From an uncultured Desulfarculus sp. (GTDB lineage Bacteria; Desulfobacterota; Desulfarculia; Desulfarculales; Desulfarculaceae): 64,000 nucleotides of DNA. The notes beneath the pieces are model-generated. The model had not been told where the DNA came from. It ran no database searches and saw only the letters and a list, made by a program, of their open reading frames with translations. The first letter of the stretch is position 1. Every line of letters starts with the position of its first letter. A program made the translations under genes and the position numbers. Of the stretch, positions 29,299 through 40,090 are shown in pieces. The DNA lies in contig CAXXUK010000002.1 in the NCBI GenBank assembly GCA_963665125.2, positions 1,120,001 to 1,184,000 on the forward strand, written 5' to 3'.

Positions 29299-31824
29299 CT
29301 AAAGATTGCGTTGAATTTTCCGGTACACGAACCTCATGCTCCTGTTAAGAGCTGAACTCATGCCTTGTTGCCCCATGATCGTGCGAAATTGTTGAAAATA
29401 TGATCTAGGCTTTAGCTTTAAGGCGGTGTAAATCTTACCGATCTTCCTGTTCTGCTGTAGAAACAGTTCCATTGCCTTATCCAAATCCACTGTATGATTC
29501 TGAGTTTCTGGATCGGTATAGACATCGTGGAACATCTTGGCGACTTTACGGGAGTCATGGGTGTCCTCTACGTAGGCCCTCGCCCTCTGGCCGAGTTCCG
29601 CCCGTTCGTGATAATTGAGGACCAACTCCCGCAATACTTCGTATACGTTGTCTGGAGTGGCAACAGCCAGAGGCGGTTGCTGGCCAAGGTGATGTTGGAG
29701 ATCTTCCCTGATATAGCAAACGACGGCCTTGCCTAACGCCATGCCCTCCACTGCCAGGACTCCATACCAGCCTATGCGCAATTGATCGAGAACGATATCC
29801 GCTTCGCGGTAAATTTTTCGTGCTTCTTCGTTGGATAGATTCTCTATCAATTTAAACCGAAATGGGACCTTTTCAGCCTTCAAACGGTTAATCGCCTGAA
29901 GAAAGTACTGGGTGCCTTTGACTGTCCTACGGCTGGGTGCGTGAACGATGAGGGGGTTAGTCTTGTTGACAGGCCCCGACCAGGTCCAGTTTTGAAGATC
30001 AATAGAGCGTGGAACGACAACTGACTCGGGGACATATGACTGCAGCTCCGGATCAGGTACGACTATCCGATTGGCCACGGCGGAAAAAAAGCCAAGTAAG
30101 CGCTCCTGAGTGGCTTCCGGAAATTTGGCCACCAAGTTGTCAGGGTTCTGATCCACATAGTTATAGGGCGAAAATTGCTTAAATTTGCTGTGTAGCCGAA
30201 CTTCAGAACCTCGAAAGTTCATGATTACCACTTTACCGGCTGCACGCAGAGCCAGCAGGTCGTATCCGGTTGGAAAGGCCAATCCGGGAGGGAGCAGAAA
30301 AAAAGGACGAAAATAGAAGTGGAAGACATCATAGTATGGCGCTACAGCTCTGAATAGTTCGAAATAATTATTGTCCATCGCCGATGCGACTTTGAATGAT
30401 ACGTCCGCTGGATAATTAAAAGTGTTGCCGGCTACCTGGTAACAGTCCGCGGCGAGGTTCATCTCCCGATGCCCCCGGGAGATAGACCATGGCTGCCCAG
30501 CCGCTCCGGCTAAGCCATGGAATATACGCAACGCCCTGTTATTTGCTTTATTCTCGTTATCCTTCTTAATTGTGGGGAGATCCAAACCGAGTAACTCTTC
30601 ATACAATTGAGAAAGTTTTTCCTCTTGTGCGTTCCAAGAATACTCTTTTAACAGGCTATCGTTATCTGCGGTAATATTACGCCGGTAATGATCATAATTG
30701 CCAAGGACTTCCTGTATCATTGCCGCCAATTCCTCGGAGTCCCCAGCCGTAAATACCTCCCCCACCGATTTCTGTCGCACGAAACGGGCCATCTCCCGGG
30801 TATCGCTCACGACAACGGGAAGACGGGCGTGAAGGTATTCAAATAGTTTGTTCGGTAGAGCCACTTCAGCATTTTCGTAGTGCGGCAGACCGTGAACGCC
30901 AACGGTGGCGCTTTTAAGAAATGTTGGCACTTCATTGGGCGCAACATAAGGCACAGTATGCAGGCGGTCGGATGTGCCGTCTTTCCGTGCCGTAAGGTAC
31001 ATTTCCTCAAGGTAGGCGCCACTGGTGTTGGTGACCAGAACCACATGCACGTCGGGCATGTATCGCATGGCTTCCACCAGAGTATGCACACTACGGGCAG
31101 GTTTGACCTGGCCAGAGTAGACGGCCAGCGGCGCCCCCGCAGGAAGGCCCACGGCATGGCGTATGCAAAGGTCAGAGTCGGGCTGGTAGTCTTCGATATA
31201 TGGAGCGTTCAGAACAACGGTGGGCTTCCTCTCCAGGCTATAGTCGTGCTGGAGTTTTTCGGCGAGCGATCCCGAAACGGTAATGAGATGGTGCGCATCA
31301 TGGATGCAGCGCTGTTCATTTCCTAGAGCATTGTTTCGGATTTCTTCCGGAAGTTCATCGAGGCCTCGGACGTATTCATGAGCGTCGTGGATCCATTTCG
31401 TCTCAAAACCGATTTTTTGGAGGCGGTGCAAAAACGTGTGACCTATATCGATGGTATTCATGTCATGAGTGTGAATAATCGATGGTTTTAGCGGTTCAAT
31501 GAATTCCCAGACGAGTTCCCGGAACTTTATTAGAAACTCACGGATCGGCAGTTTACCGGATAAGTCTTGCGCTTTGTTGGGGTTAGGCACCAGAACAATT
31601 GTAAATTCATCCTGTTCATCGATGATGTAATCGTAAGTTTTGGATACGCCGAAGACGATGGTATACAGCCCAAAACGACTCACACTTCTGGCGCTTTTTA
31701 AAACCCGGTAGTCCACATAAACCGGATTCGGCACAATCATTACCGCACTTTTCAAATTGTTATGTAGTAATTTAAGTTTAAATACATCTTTGTGGATCAT
31801 TATGTTTAGGACCTCGGAGAGCAT
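29299..31824 (-). CDS. Bifunctional (tandem) GT4-type glycosyltransferase
   Basis: N-half: DYRVLK, HTHD, HDAHE, PNKLFEYL. C-half: HAPS, KGT, DQLRIGWYGVLAVEGMALGKAV. Confidence 0.85.
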   Translation of the reverse strand: MLSEVLNIMIHKDVFKLKLLHNNLKSAVMIVPNPVYVDYRVLKSARSVSRFGLYTIVFGVSKTYDYIIDEQDEFTIVLVPNPNKAQDLSGKLPIREFLIKFRELVWEFIEPLKPSIIHTHDMNTIDIGHTFLHRLQKIGFETKWIHDAHEYVRGLDELPEEIRNNALGNEQRCIHDAHHLITVSGSLAEKLQHDYSLERKPTVVLNAPYIEDYQPDSDLCIRHAVGLPAGAPLAVYSGQVKPARSVHTLVEAMRYMPDVHVVLVTNTSGAYLEEMYLTARKDGTSDRLHTVPYVAPNEVPTFLKSATVGVHGLPHYENAEVALPNKLFEYLHARLPVVVSDTREMARFVRQKSVGEVFTAGDSEELAAMIQEVLGNYDHYRRNITADNDSLLKEYSWNAQEEKLSQLYEELLGLDLPTIKKDNENKANNRALRIFHGLAGAAGQPWSISRGHREMNLAADCYQVAGNTFNYPADVSFKVASAMDNNYFELFRAVAPYYDVFHFYFRPFFLLPPGLAFPTGYDLLALRAAGKVVIMNFRGSEVRLHSKFKQFSPYNYVDQNPDNLVAKFPEATQERLLGFFSAVANRIVVPDPELQSYVPESVVVPRSIDLQNWTWSGPVNKTNPLIVHAPSRRTVKGTQYFLQAINRLKAEKVPFRFKLIENLSNEEARKIYREADIVLDQLRIGWYGVLAVEGMALGKAVVCYIREDLQHHLGQQPPLAVATPDNVYEVLRELVLNYHERAELGQRARAYVEDTHDSRKVAKMFHDVYTDPETQNHTVDLDKAMELFLQQNRKIGKIYTALKLKPRSYFQQFRTIMGQQGMSSALNRSMRFVYRKIQRNL

Positions 31825-33321
31825 TCGGATTAAAAGTTGAAATGTGTTTTAATCAAGCTTAAGTGCTTTTCTGGCACAGAAGACTTTCAGCGATCATTCC
31901 GTTCATTATCGGTTTAATATAAGGTATTCAATACATTACTTAGCTACCATCCAAATAATTTAAAAGTACCATGAAATGCACTACTCAAATTATGGAGATA
32001 TGCTGAAAATAACTGGTTTCGCATAACCAGGCAGAGTGTTGTCGATCAATAATCTCCAGCGAGTGGCCGTCCGTGCATACTACTATTTTGATGGACACAT
32101 CGCTAGGTAAAAATTCTCTAGATATGTTTGGTTAATCCTTCGGTCAAACTTTTTACCTCAATCGATCTTTACTTAATTAGATGCCGTTGCACGTCAGCGG
32201 TGGTCCCCGGGAATCGGGCAGTTGTGATAGGCTGATTTGGTCTTGAAACAATTGGAGGAATCGATGGGCAGGCGTAAGAGCTACAGCGCCTCCTTCAATT
32301 CCAAGGTGGCCCTGGAGGCCATCCAGGGGGACATGACCATAGGCGAGTTGGTGACAAAGTACAGACTCAATCCCAATATGATCACCAGATGGAAAAAGCA
32401 GGCCATTGAGGGCATGGAGGACATCTTTTCCCGTGGCGGCCATACTGCTCACGAGGCTTCGGATCAGGCCCGGATCAAGGGAGCTTTCCGCCAATATCGG
32501 GGAGTTAACGGTTGAAAGGGCTTTTTTAGCCAAAGCCTTCGGTCACTGAGTCACGGCCGGAGGATGGACATGATTGAGCCCAATCACCGCAAGCTCAGCA
32601 TCACGCGCCAATGCTCCCCGGCCCGTGTCGGCCGCTCGTCGTTTTATTACGGGGGCAAAGGCGAGGCAGCCCTGAATTTGAAGCTGAGGCGCCTGATGGA
32701 CGAGCAATGGCTGCGCACGCCCTTTTTCGGCAGTCCCGCCATCTACGAGGGGAAGGCTCCAGCGTGGGCAGGAAAAGGGTGCGCCGTTTAATGCGCAAGA
32801 TGGGCATTGCCGCCATATACCCAAGCCAAGGACCAGCAAGCCTCATCCAGCCAGCCCGGTCCATCCCCACCTGCTCAAAGGTATGGTTATCGGCCGGTCC
32901 AACCATGTGTGGTGTGCCGACATTACCCACATTCCGATGAGCACTGGCTTCATGTACCTGGTGGCGGTGCTGGATTGGCACTCGCGCCGGGTGCTGTCCT
33001 GGCGGGTGTCAAACACCCTGGAGGCCGGTTTCCGGGTGGCCGCTCTGGAAGGTGCAATTTCGGAGTACGGCTCGCCAGCCATCTTCAACGCCGCGACCAA
33101 GAGCCAACTTACTTCCTTGGCCTTCACCGGCCTGCTAAAGGACAATGGCGTCAGGATTTCCCTGGATGGCCGGGATGCCTGGATGGATAACGTATTCATC
33201 GAGCGGTATGGTGGCCGCTCAAGTACGAATGCATCTATATCAATGAATTTGAGGACGGCAAGACCCTGAAAAAGGGGCTGGGAGCCTGGATCGATTTTTA
33301 CAACACCCGGCGGGGCCATTC

Positions 33322-34606
33322 AGAGGTGGACCCCAAAAATCGGACAATAGTGTAAGGTGGTATGAATGAGTCCGATGGAGGGACACCAGCTATGAGCAAG
33401 ACCAAACGCAGGCGCTTTTCGGCCGAATTCAAGGCCACGGTAGCGCTGGAGGCATTGAAGGGCGAGCAGACTCTTTCCGAGCTGGCAGCACGGTTTGACA
33501 TCCACCCCAATATGATTGCGCAGTGGAAGCGCCAGGCCACCGAAGGCCTGACAGAAGTTTTCTCCAGCAAGGGTGCGAAGCAGCAAGAGGCCGGAGAATC
33601 CCAGATCAAGGAGCTTCATGCAAAGATTGGGCAGTTGACCATTGAACGGGATTTTTTGGCCAAGGCCTCCGGTCGCTGAGCTTTGATCGGAGGAAAGCGA
33701 TGGTGAAGGCAAGCAGGCCCAAGGGATTGAGCATTGTCCGCCAATGTGAGCTCCTGGGAATCAGCCGCTCATCGTTTTATTACGAAGCCACGGGCGAAAA
33801 CCCGCTGAATATTGAGCTGATGCGCAAGATGGATGAGCAGTTTCTGGAAACGCCCTGGTACGGCTCTCGTCAGATGGTCCGCTGGCTCCGGCGTGAGGGG
33901 CATCGCGTGGGCAGGAAGCGGGTGGTGCGGCTGATGCGCAAGATGGGGCTTAGCCCCGTCTACCAGAAGCCCGGGACATCCAAGCCCCAGCCGGGACACA
34001 AGGTTTACCCCTATTTACTGCGCGGGGTGGAGATAAGCGAACCCGGCCACATCTGGTGCGCCGATATCACTTATATCCCGATGAGGCGTGGTTTTCTCTA
34101 CCTGGTGGCGATCATGGACTGGGCCAGCCGCAAGGTGCTGAGCTGGCGACTGTCCAACACCTTGGATGCTGATTTTTGCGTGGCCGCCTTGAGTGATGCC
34201 CTGCGAAGGTTTCCCAACCCCCTGATTTTCAATACCGATCAGGGGAGCCAATTCACAAGCTTTGGCTTTACCCAGGTGCTCAAGGATGCTGATATCAAAA
34301 TTTCCATGGATGGCAAAGGCCGCTGGATGGACAATGTCATGATCGAACGCCTGTGGCGCTCTCTCAAATATGAATGTGTCTATCTGCATGCCTTTGAGAC
34401 GGGAAGCGAGGCCAGGAAGGGAATCGGCTCCTGGATCGATTACTATAACCAACGGCGACCCCACTCCAGCCTGGATGGCAAAACGCCGGACGAGGCATAC
34501 TGGGGCCGACCCACGACGGGATTGACCGAAGCGGCGGCATGACAACAACAAATACCATCCACCTTAACTACGCCGCCAAATTGTCTAACGATTGGGGGCC
34601 ACCTCT
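33322..34606 (+). mobile_element. IS3-family element 'B', copy 1 (1285 bp, apparently intact)
   Basis: IRs AGAGGTGGACCCCAA / TTGGGGGCCACCTCT; 3-bp TSD TTC; orfA 33392-33679; orfB to 34542 with DDE motifs (ADIT, TDQG, IER). Confidence 0.95.
33392..34542 (+). CDS. IS3-family transposase OrfAB via -1 frameshift
   Basis: HTH orfA; slippery T-TTT-TTG at 33652-33658; the -1 frame is open into orfB. Confidence 0.85.
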
Positions 34607-34901
34607 TTCCTCGTTGGATAACCGCACCCCAATCAAGCCGCGAAACTGTCCAGCAATTGCGGAACACCGCTCTTTTGCATGTACCGTTTTCCGGTCGGCA
34701 CACTAAAAATTAAGAGAAAGATACAAACATTTTTGATGGACATGCGCCAGAAGTAATAATATAAATAGTCAAAACTACCATAAGGGCGTGTTTGATTTTT
34801 CTATTTAAAAAGTCTCGTGCGCATTTTCAAACCGCTGTAGTGCTTACTCCGAAGCAACAATAGCCAAATGGATAGGTCACATTACACTTTGATCATAGGG
34901 G

Positions 34902-35996
34902 TTGTCTGTGCAGTTTATCGATCTTAAAAAGCAATATGAGCAAATAGCCGAAAAAGTTAATGCAAGGATTCAGGAGGTACTGGAGGGCGGCCGTTTCATC
35001 ATGGGGCCGCAAATTGGCCAACTGGAGCAAAACCTTTGCACCTTCACCGGATCGGAACACTCCATAACCTGCTCAAGTGGAACAGACGCGCTGCTGCTTG
35101 CCATGATGGCACTTGGGGTAAAGGCCGGCGACGAAGTAATTACCACTCCGTTTACGTTTATCGCTACCGGCGAAATGATTGCCATTTTAGGCGCCAAGCC
35201 GGTTTTTGTTGATATTCAAGCAGACACCTACAACATTGACCCTGATGAGGTGGAAAAAGCCATCACCCCCCAAACCAAGGCGATCATTCCGGTTAGCCTC
35301 TATGGCCAGCCAGCGGACATGGACGCCATAAACCAAATCGCAGAATCGGCTGGCCTGCCGGTTATAGAGGATGGCGCCCAAAGCTTCGGTTCTACCTATA
35401 AGAACCTGAAATCGTGCAATCTATCCACCATCGGTTGCACCAGCTTTTTCCCAGCCAAGCCGCTGGGCTGCTATGGCGACGGTGGTGCTTGTTTCACCAA
35501 TGACCAGAGTCTGGCCGAAAAAATGAGGCATCTTCGTGCCCATGGCCAGGACCGCCGCTATCATCACCCCATAATTGGCCTAAACGCCAGAATGGACACC
35601 TTGCAAGCGGCCATCCTGCTGGAAAAACTGGCCGTGTTCCCGGACGAGGTCAAGTCCCGAGGCGAAATCGGCGCCCGCTACACCGAGCTGTTCGGCAGCA
35701 AGGTGAAGACCCCGGTCATCCCAGATGGTTCCACCCATGTTTATGCGCAATACACCATTGAGGTTGAAAACCGGGCTGCGGTGCAGGAGGCCCTCAAAGA
35801 GCAGGACATTCCCACGGCAGTGCATTATCCAATCCCACTCCACTTGCAGCCGGCCTTCTCGTTCTTAGGTCTGGGCAAAGGTTCATTCCCCGTAGCCGAG
35901 GCAGCATCGGAAAAGGTGATGAGTCTGCCAATGCATCCGTATCTGAGCCATTCAGATCAGGACAAAATAGTCGAAGCAGTACTTAACGCCGCATAA
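34902..35996 (+). CDS. wbpE: WbpE-like 3-aminotransferase (DegT family)
   Basis: FIDLKKQY, SGTDAL, EDGAQSFG and TSFFPAKPLGCYGDGG. Confidence 0.85.
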   Translation: MSVQFIDLKKQYEQIAEKVNARIQEVLEGGRFIMGPQIGQLEQNLCTFTGSEHSITCSSGTDALLLAMMALGVKAGDEVITTPFTFIATGEMIAILGAKPVFVDIQADTYNIDPDEVEKAITPQTKAIIPVSLYGQPADMDAINQIAESAGLPVIEDGAQSFGSTYKNLKSCNLSTIGCTSFFPAKPLGCYGDGGACFTNDQSLAEKMRHLRAHGQDRRYHHPIIGLNARMDTLQAAILLEKLAVFPDEVKSRGEIGARYTELFGSKVKTPVIPDGSTHVYAQYTIEVENRAAVQEALKEQDIPTAVHYPIPLHLQPAFSFLGLGKGSFPVAEAASEKVMSLPMHPYLSHSDQDKIVEAVLNAA

Positions 35997-36012
35997 CAGT
36001 TAGGGCTTTATC

Positions 36013-37335
36013 GTGAATTACAAATCAGAAATCATCGGAAAAATTAAAAACAAGACTGCTCTTGTCGGGGTTATCGGTATGGGCTATGTAGGCCTGCCCA
36101 TTGCCCTGCGTTTTGCAGAAGTTGGTATAAGCGCCTTGGGGCTGGACATCGACCCCAAAAAAATCGAATCTATCAATGCAGGCCAGAGCTACATAGAGCA
36201 TATACCCAGTTCTGTTATTGCCGAAAGAATCAACCAGGGCCTTTTCAGCGCTACGGATGATTTTAGCCGCATGACTCAATGTGACGCCCTGATAATAGCG
36301 GTGCCCACCCCCCTTACCGACAAAATGGAGCCGGACTTGTCCTATGTGGAGTCTACGGCCGATACCATTGCCCAATATTTGAGGGCCGGTCAGGCGGTAA
36401 GCCTGGAATCCACAACCTATCCGGGGACTACCAGGGAACATCTTCTGACCCGGTTTACCAAAAACGGCCTGACGCCCGGTGATGATTTCTTTTTGATCTA
36501 CAGCCCCGAAAGGGAAGACCCCGGCAACAAGGATTTCTCCATACGTCAAATTCCTAAAGTTGTGGGCGGTATATCCGAAGACTGCCGCCAGGTGGGCGAG
36601 GCCCTCTACGGCTCAATCGTGGACAGGGTGGTTCTGGTCAGCTCTCCCGAAACAGCAGAAATGACCAAGCTGTTTGAAAACATCTTCCGTAGCGTAAACA
36701 TCGCCTTGGTCAACGAGTTAAAGATGCTGGCAGACCGCATGGGGATCAACGTGTGGGAGGTGATAAACGCCAGCGCCACCAAACCGTTCGGCTTCATGCC
36801 CTTTTTTCCAGGGCCAGGATTGGGCGGGCATTGCATACCCATTGATCCGTACTATTTGAGCTGGAAGGCCAAGGAGTATGATTTTACCACCAGGTTCATC
36901 GAATTGGCTGGCGAGATCAACACGGGCATGCCCTACTGGGTGGTCCAGAAGACCGCCGAGTTGATGAACGGGTGTAAAAAATGCCTTAATGGTTCCAAGA
37001 TCATGTTGATTGGGGTGGCCTACAAAAAGAATGTGGACGACATGAGGGAGTCGCCAGCCCTTCGCATCATTGAATTATTCCAGAAATCGGGTGTGGAAAT
37101 CTGTTACCACGACCCCCACATACCCACCCTGCCGCCGTCGAGAAACTATGCCTTTGATATGAGTTCAGTGGAGCTTACTCCCGAAGAAATATCCAAGTGC
37201 GATGCTGTGGTAATCATCACAGATCATGACAGGGTCGATTACCGTATTTTGGCTGAGCACGCACAGCTTGTGGTGGATACCAGAAACGCCATGTCTGGCA
37301 AGGCAATATACGGCCCGAATATCAATAACGCCTGA
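36013..37335 (+). CDS. wbpA: UDP-GlcNAc 6-dehydrogenase (WbpA)
   Basis: GMGYVGLP, ESTTYPGTT, PEREDPGN and GPGLGGHCIPIDP. Confidence 0.88.
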   Translation: MNYKSEIIGKIKNKTALVGVIGMGYVGLPIALRFAEVGISALGLDIDPKKIESINAGQSYIEHIPSSVIAERINQGLFSATDDFSRMTQCDALIIAVPTPLTDKMEPDLSYVESTADTIAQYLRAGQAVSLESTTYPGTTREHLLTRFTKNGLTPGDDFFLIYSPEREDPGNKDFSIRQIPKVVGGISEDCRQVGEALYGSIVDRVVLVSSPETAEMTKLFENIFRSVNIALVNELKMLADRMGINVWEVINASATKPFGFMPFFPGPGLGGHCIPIDPYYLSWKAKEYDFTTRFIELAGEINTGMPYWVVQKTAELMNGCKKCLNGSKIMLIGVAYKKNVDDMRESPALRIIELFQKSGVEICYHDPHIPTLPPSRNYAFDMSSVELTPEEISKCDAVVIITDHDRVDYRILAEHAQLVVDTRNAMSGKAIYGPNINNA

Positions 37336-37365
37336 TTACAGGCAAAATCAATATACAGGTATACA

Positions 37366-38946
37366 ATGTCAAATAACGTTCAAGTTGCGGTTATCGGTGC
37401 GGGTTACTGGGGAAAAAACCTTATAAGGAACTTCAATGCCTTGGGGGCTTTAAAGGCTATTTGTGAAAGCAACCCTGATACGCTGAAGTCTTTCAAGGAA
37501 CAATATCCCGACGCAGAGGGTGTTGGCGCCCTTGATCAAGTGCTTTCAGATCAAAGTATTGATGCATTGTGCGTTTCCACCCCCGCTGAAACCCACTACG
37601 ATGTTGTCCGCCAGGCCCTTTTGGCTGGTAAGCATGTATATGTGGAAAAGCCCTTGTGTCTGGACCCTGCCGAAGGCCAAGAGCTTGTTAAACTAGCCCG
37701 GGAGAAAAAACTAGTTCTCATGGTGGGGCATTTACTGCATTACCATCCTGTGGTTATCAAACTCAAGAAAATGCTCAACGACGGTGTTTTAGGCCAGCTG
37801 CAATACATTTATTCCAACCGGTTAAACTTGGGCAAAATTCGCACGGAAGAGAACATCCTGTGGTCCTTTGCACCTCATGATATATCTCTAATATTGTCTT
37901 TTACCGGCCAGTTCCCCGAAAGCGTTACCGCTTTGGGGTCGCATTTTATCAATAAAAATATCGCCGACGTAACGGTTAGCACTTTCACTTTCCCGTCCGG
38001 CGCTTCTGCTCATATTTTCGTGTCGTGGCTGCATCCTTTCAAAGAGCAAAAACTTGTGTTGGTTGGCGACCATGGAATGATCGTGTTCAACGACACCGAG
38101 CCAGAGGACAAGCTCCTTCTCTATCCCCATTCCATCACCTGGAAAAACGGTATGCCGGTGCCGGATAAGAAGGAGGCGATCAAAGTTGAGTACGACAAGA
38201 CTGAGCCGTTGCGCGAAGAATGCGCCCACTTCCTTGATTGCGTGGCCACGGAAACTAATCCGATTACCGACGGCAGCGAAGGGCTGAAGGTTTTACAGGT
38301 ATTGGCGGCTTGCCAGCAGTCCATGGAAAACAATGGCGCAATGGTCAAGCTTTCACCTCAGCCGGAAAAGGCCTTTGAGTACATGCTGCATCCAAGTGCT
38401 GTGGTCGATGAGGGTTCTGAAATTGGTCGCGGCACCAAAATATGGCATTTTTCCCATATCCTGCCCAAGACAGTGATAGGCGTAAATTGCAACATAGGTC
38501 AAAATGTGGTCATCGGCCCGGAAGTTACGGTTGGCAATGGTTGCAAAATTCAAAACAACGTTTCGGTTTATAAAGGTGTAACCCTGGAAGACCATGTATT
38601 TTGCGGTCCTTCAATGGTGTTTACCAATGTGTTTAATCCTCGTTCAGAAGTAAGCCGGATGGATGAGGTGCGCCCCACGCTGGTCAAAAAGGGGGCAAGC
38701 ATCGGCGCCAACGCTACTGTTGTATGCGGCCATTCTTTGGGTGCGTATTGCTTTATCGGTGCTGGAGCCGTGGTAACGCATGACGTTCCTGATCATGCAC
38801 TCATGGTCGGTAACCCGGCCCGCTTAACGGGCTACGTCTGCCAATGCGGCGAAAAGCTCCAAGGTGCGGTCGCCACAGGTTATAAATGCTCTAGTTGCGG
38901 TAAAACATACAAAGTAACTGACAATGCCGGGCTATTTGAAATATAG
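37366..38946 (+). CDS. Fused WbpB-like 3-dehydrogenase and WbpD-like N-acetyltransferase
   Basis: N-half: GAGYWGKN, VEKP, APHD. C-half: KIWHFSH, KIQNNVSVY, FCGPSMVFTN and a CxCG..CxxC tail. Confidence 0.85.
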   Translation: MSNNVQVAVIGAGYWGKNLIRNFNALGALKAICESNPDTLKSFKEQYPDAEGVGALDQVLSDQSIDALCVSTPAETHYDVVRQALLAGKHVYVEKPLCLDPAEGQELVKLAREKKLVLMVGHLLHYHPVVIKLKKMLNDGVLGQLQYIYSNRLNLGKIRTEENILWSFAPHDISLILSFTGQFPESVTALGSHFINKNIADVTVSTFTFPSGASAHIFVSWLHPFKEQKLVLVGDHGMIVFNDTEPEDKLLLYPHSITWKNGMPVPDKKEAIKVEYDKTEPLREECAHFLDCVATETNPITDGSEGLKVLQVLAACQQSMENNGAMVKLSPQPEKAFEYMLHPSAVVDEGSEIGRGTKIWHFSHILPKTVIGVNCNIGQNVVIGPEVTVGNGCKIQNNVSVYKGVTLEDHVFCGPSMVFTNVFNPRSEVSRMDEVRPTLVKKGASIGANATVVCGHSLGAYCFIGAGAVVTHDVPDHALMVGNPARLTGYVCQCGEKLQGAVATGYKCSSCGKTYKVTDNAGLFEI

Positions 38947-39072
38947 CCTGATCCGTCATGATCCAACAAAATTTGGCGAGTACAGGGTTAAGCGATGTGA
39001 TGAGTGTGGCTTTTCCCCGGTTTTAGGACAAGGGTCTGGGAAAAAAACGAACCACTAAGCTGAGGAAAGCCC

Positions 39073-40065
39073 ATAGGTTATATTGCATAGTCATTCACAA
39101 AAAGACTACGACATTTTACGCAGTCGACGCAGAAGGCCATGTGTGCAAACGAGGCCCGTTTGAAAGCATTGCGGCCAATTCTTTTTAAACGGTAGGCCAT
39201 TGGTCAAATCAGGATATGCGGGTTGCCCTGGAAACCTGTGGGATGACTTGGTGGGTGGTTGACGTGCTGCGCTAGGCGGGGAAATATCCTATAGTTGTAG
39301 CTACCTGCCAATTCAAGATGATTGCTCTCCGCAAGAAAATAAGTAATCGCCATTATGCCCGTGCACTTGCCGAAAATCTGCATGAGGGTTTGGCTCAAAA
39401 AACACTGCGTATGTACCAGAGTAAAAGACACGCCGAGCCAGGGCGTTGATGCAGACCAGGACCACACTTTAAAGCGACATACATGAGCAAAAGCATGGCG
39501 AAGGCAATGCTGCGTTCGGTTGGTGTTGAGATAAAAAAGAGTCAGCGGCCCAAAGAGAAACATTGGGAAACAGTCCTGGACAATCCGGCAGCTCCCTTGT
39601 GGATAAAACCGCTTTTGGTAACACATCACGGCAGCTGGCAGCACCTCACAACCAAAGTCAAGACACTGGTGCCATGATCAATCAGGAGTTGAGCGATTGG
39701 CCGGAAGCAGAGCTGCTATGTTGCAATGCGGCCCCATTGTCACCATGGGTAATCTGAGCGGAATAGGGGATGAGAAGCGGTTATAACGTGCACATCAAAT
39801 GGCCAGTTGTGCTGGCATCTTTCCGCGACAGCCGTTCCTTACAGCGCCGGGGAGGGATAACAAAGCAGGGCCGCAGCTTGATCGCCACTTTTCAGTCCAG
39901 GCGGCCTAGCGGCACTGCGAAGTAAACGTCTCACGCCGCCCCTTTGGGCAACTGAACTAAAAGCTGATCGTCAAACGGGGCTGGAAGGTTGCGGCGGTAA
40001 CTCTGATCAGAACGCTGTCAGATTTAGCGTTCAATTTTTAAGAACCGGTGAAGTTTTGAAGCCGG
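39073..40065 (+). pseudogene. IS110-family transposase pseudogene
   Basis: Fragmented frames give I.IHKKTT.FYAVD, VALETCG, KKISNRHYARALA, GIGD..R, ASCAGIFP, GRITKQG and KVAAVTLIR in the IS110 order; many stops. Confidence 0.75.
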
Positions 40066-40090
40066 CATATCTTGCTGTGGTTTGAGAAAG

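Larger units (their letters stand above)
32196..34671 (+). mobile_element. Degenerate IS3-family element 'A', interrupted by element 'B' at 33322-34606
   Basis: IRL AGCGGTGGTCCCCGGGAATCGGGCAG; IRR ..CTGTCCAGCAATTGCGGAACACCGCT; frameshifted orfA/orfB (VWCADITHIPM, MDNVFIER). Confidence 0.85.

Noticed and set aside
32086..34742. Repeated 12-mer TTTTGATGGACA (32086, 34731) as an operator pair
   Set aside because: It resembles the inner part of the IS3 IR near 5275 (TTTTGACGGACAC), so it may be eroded IS ends; only two copies.
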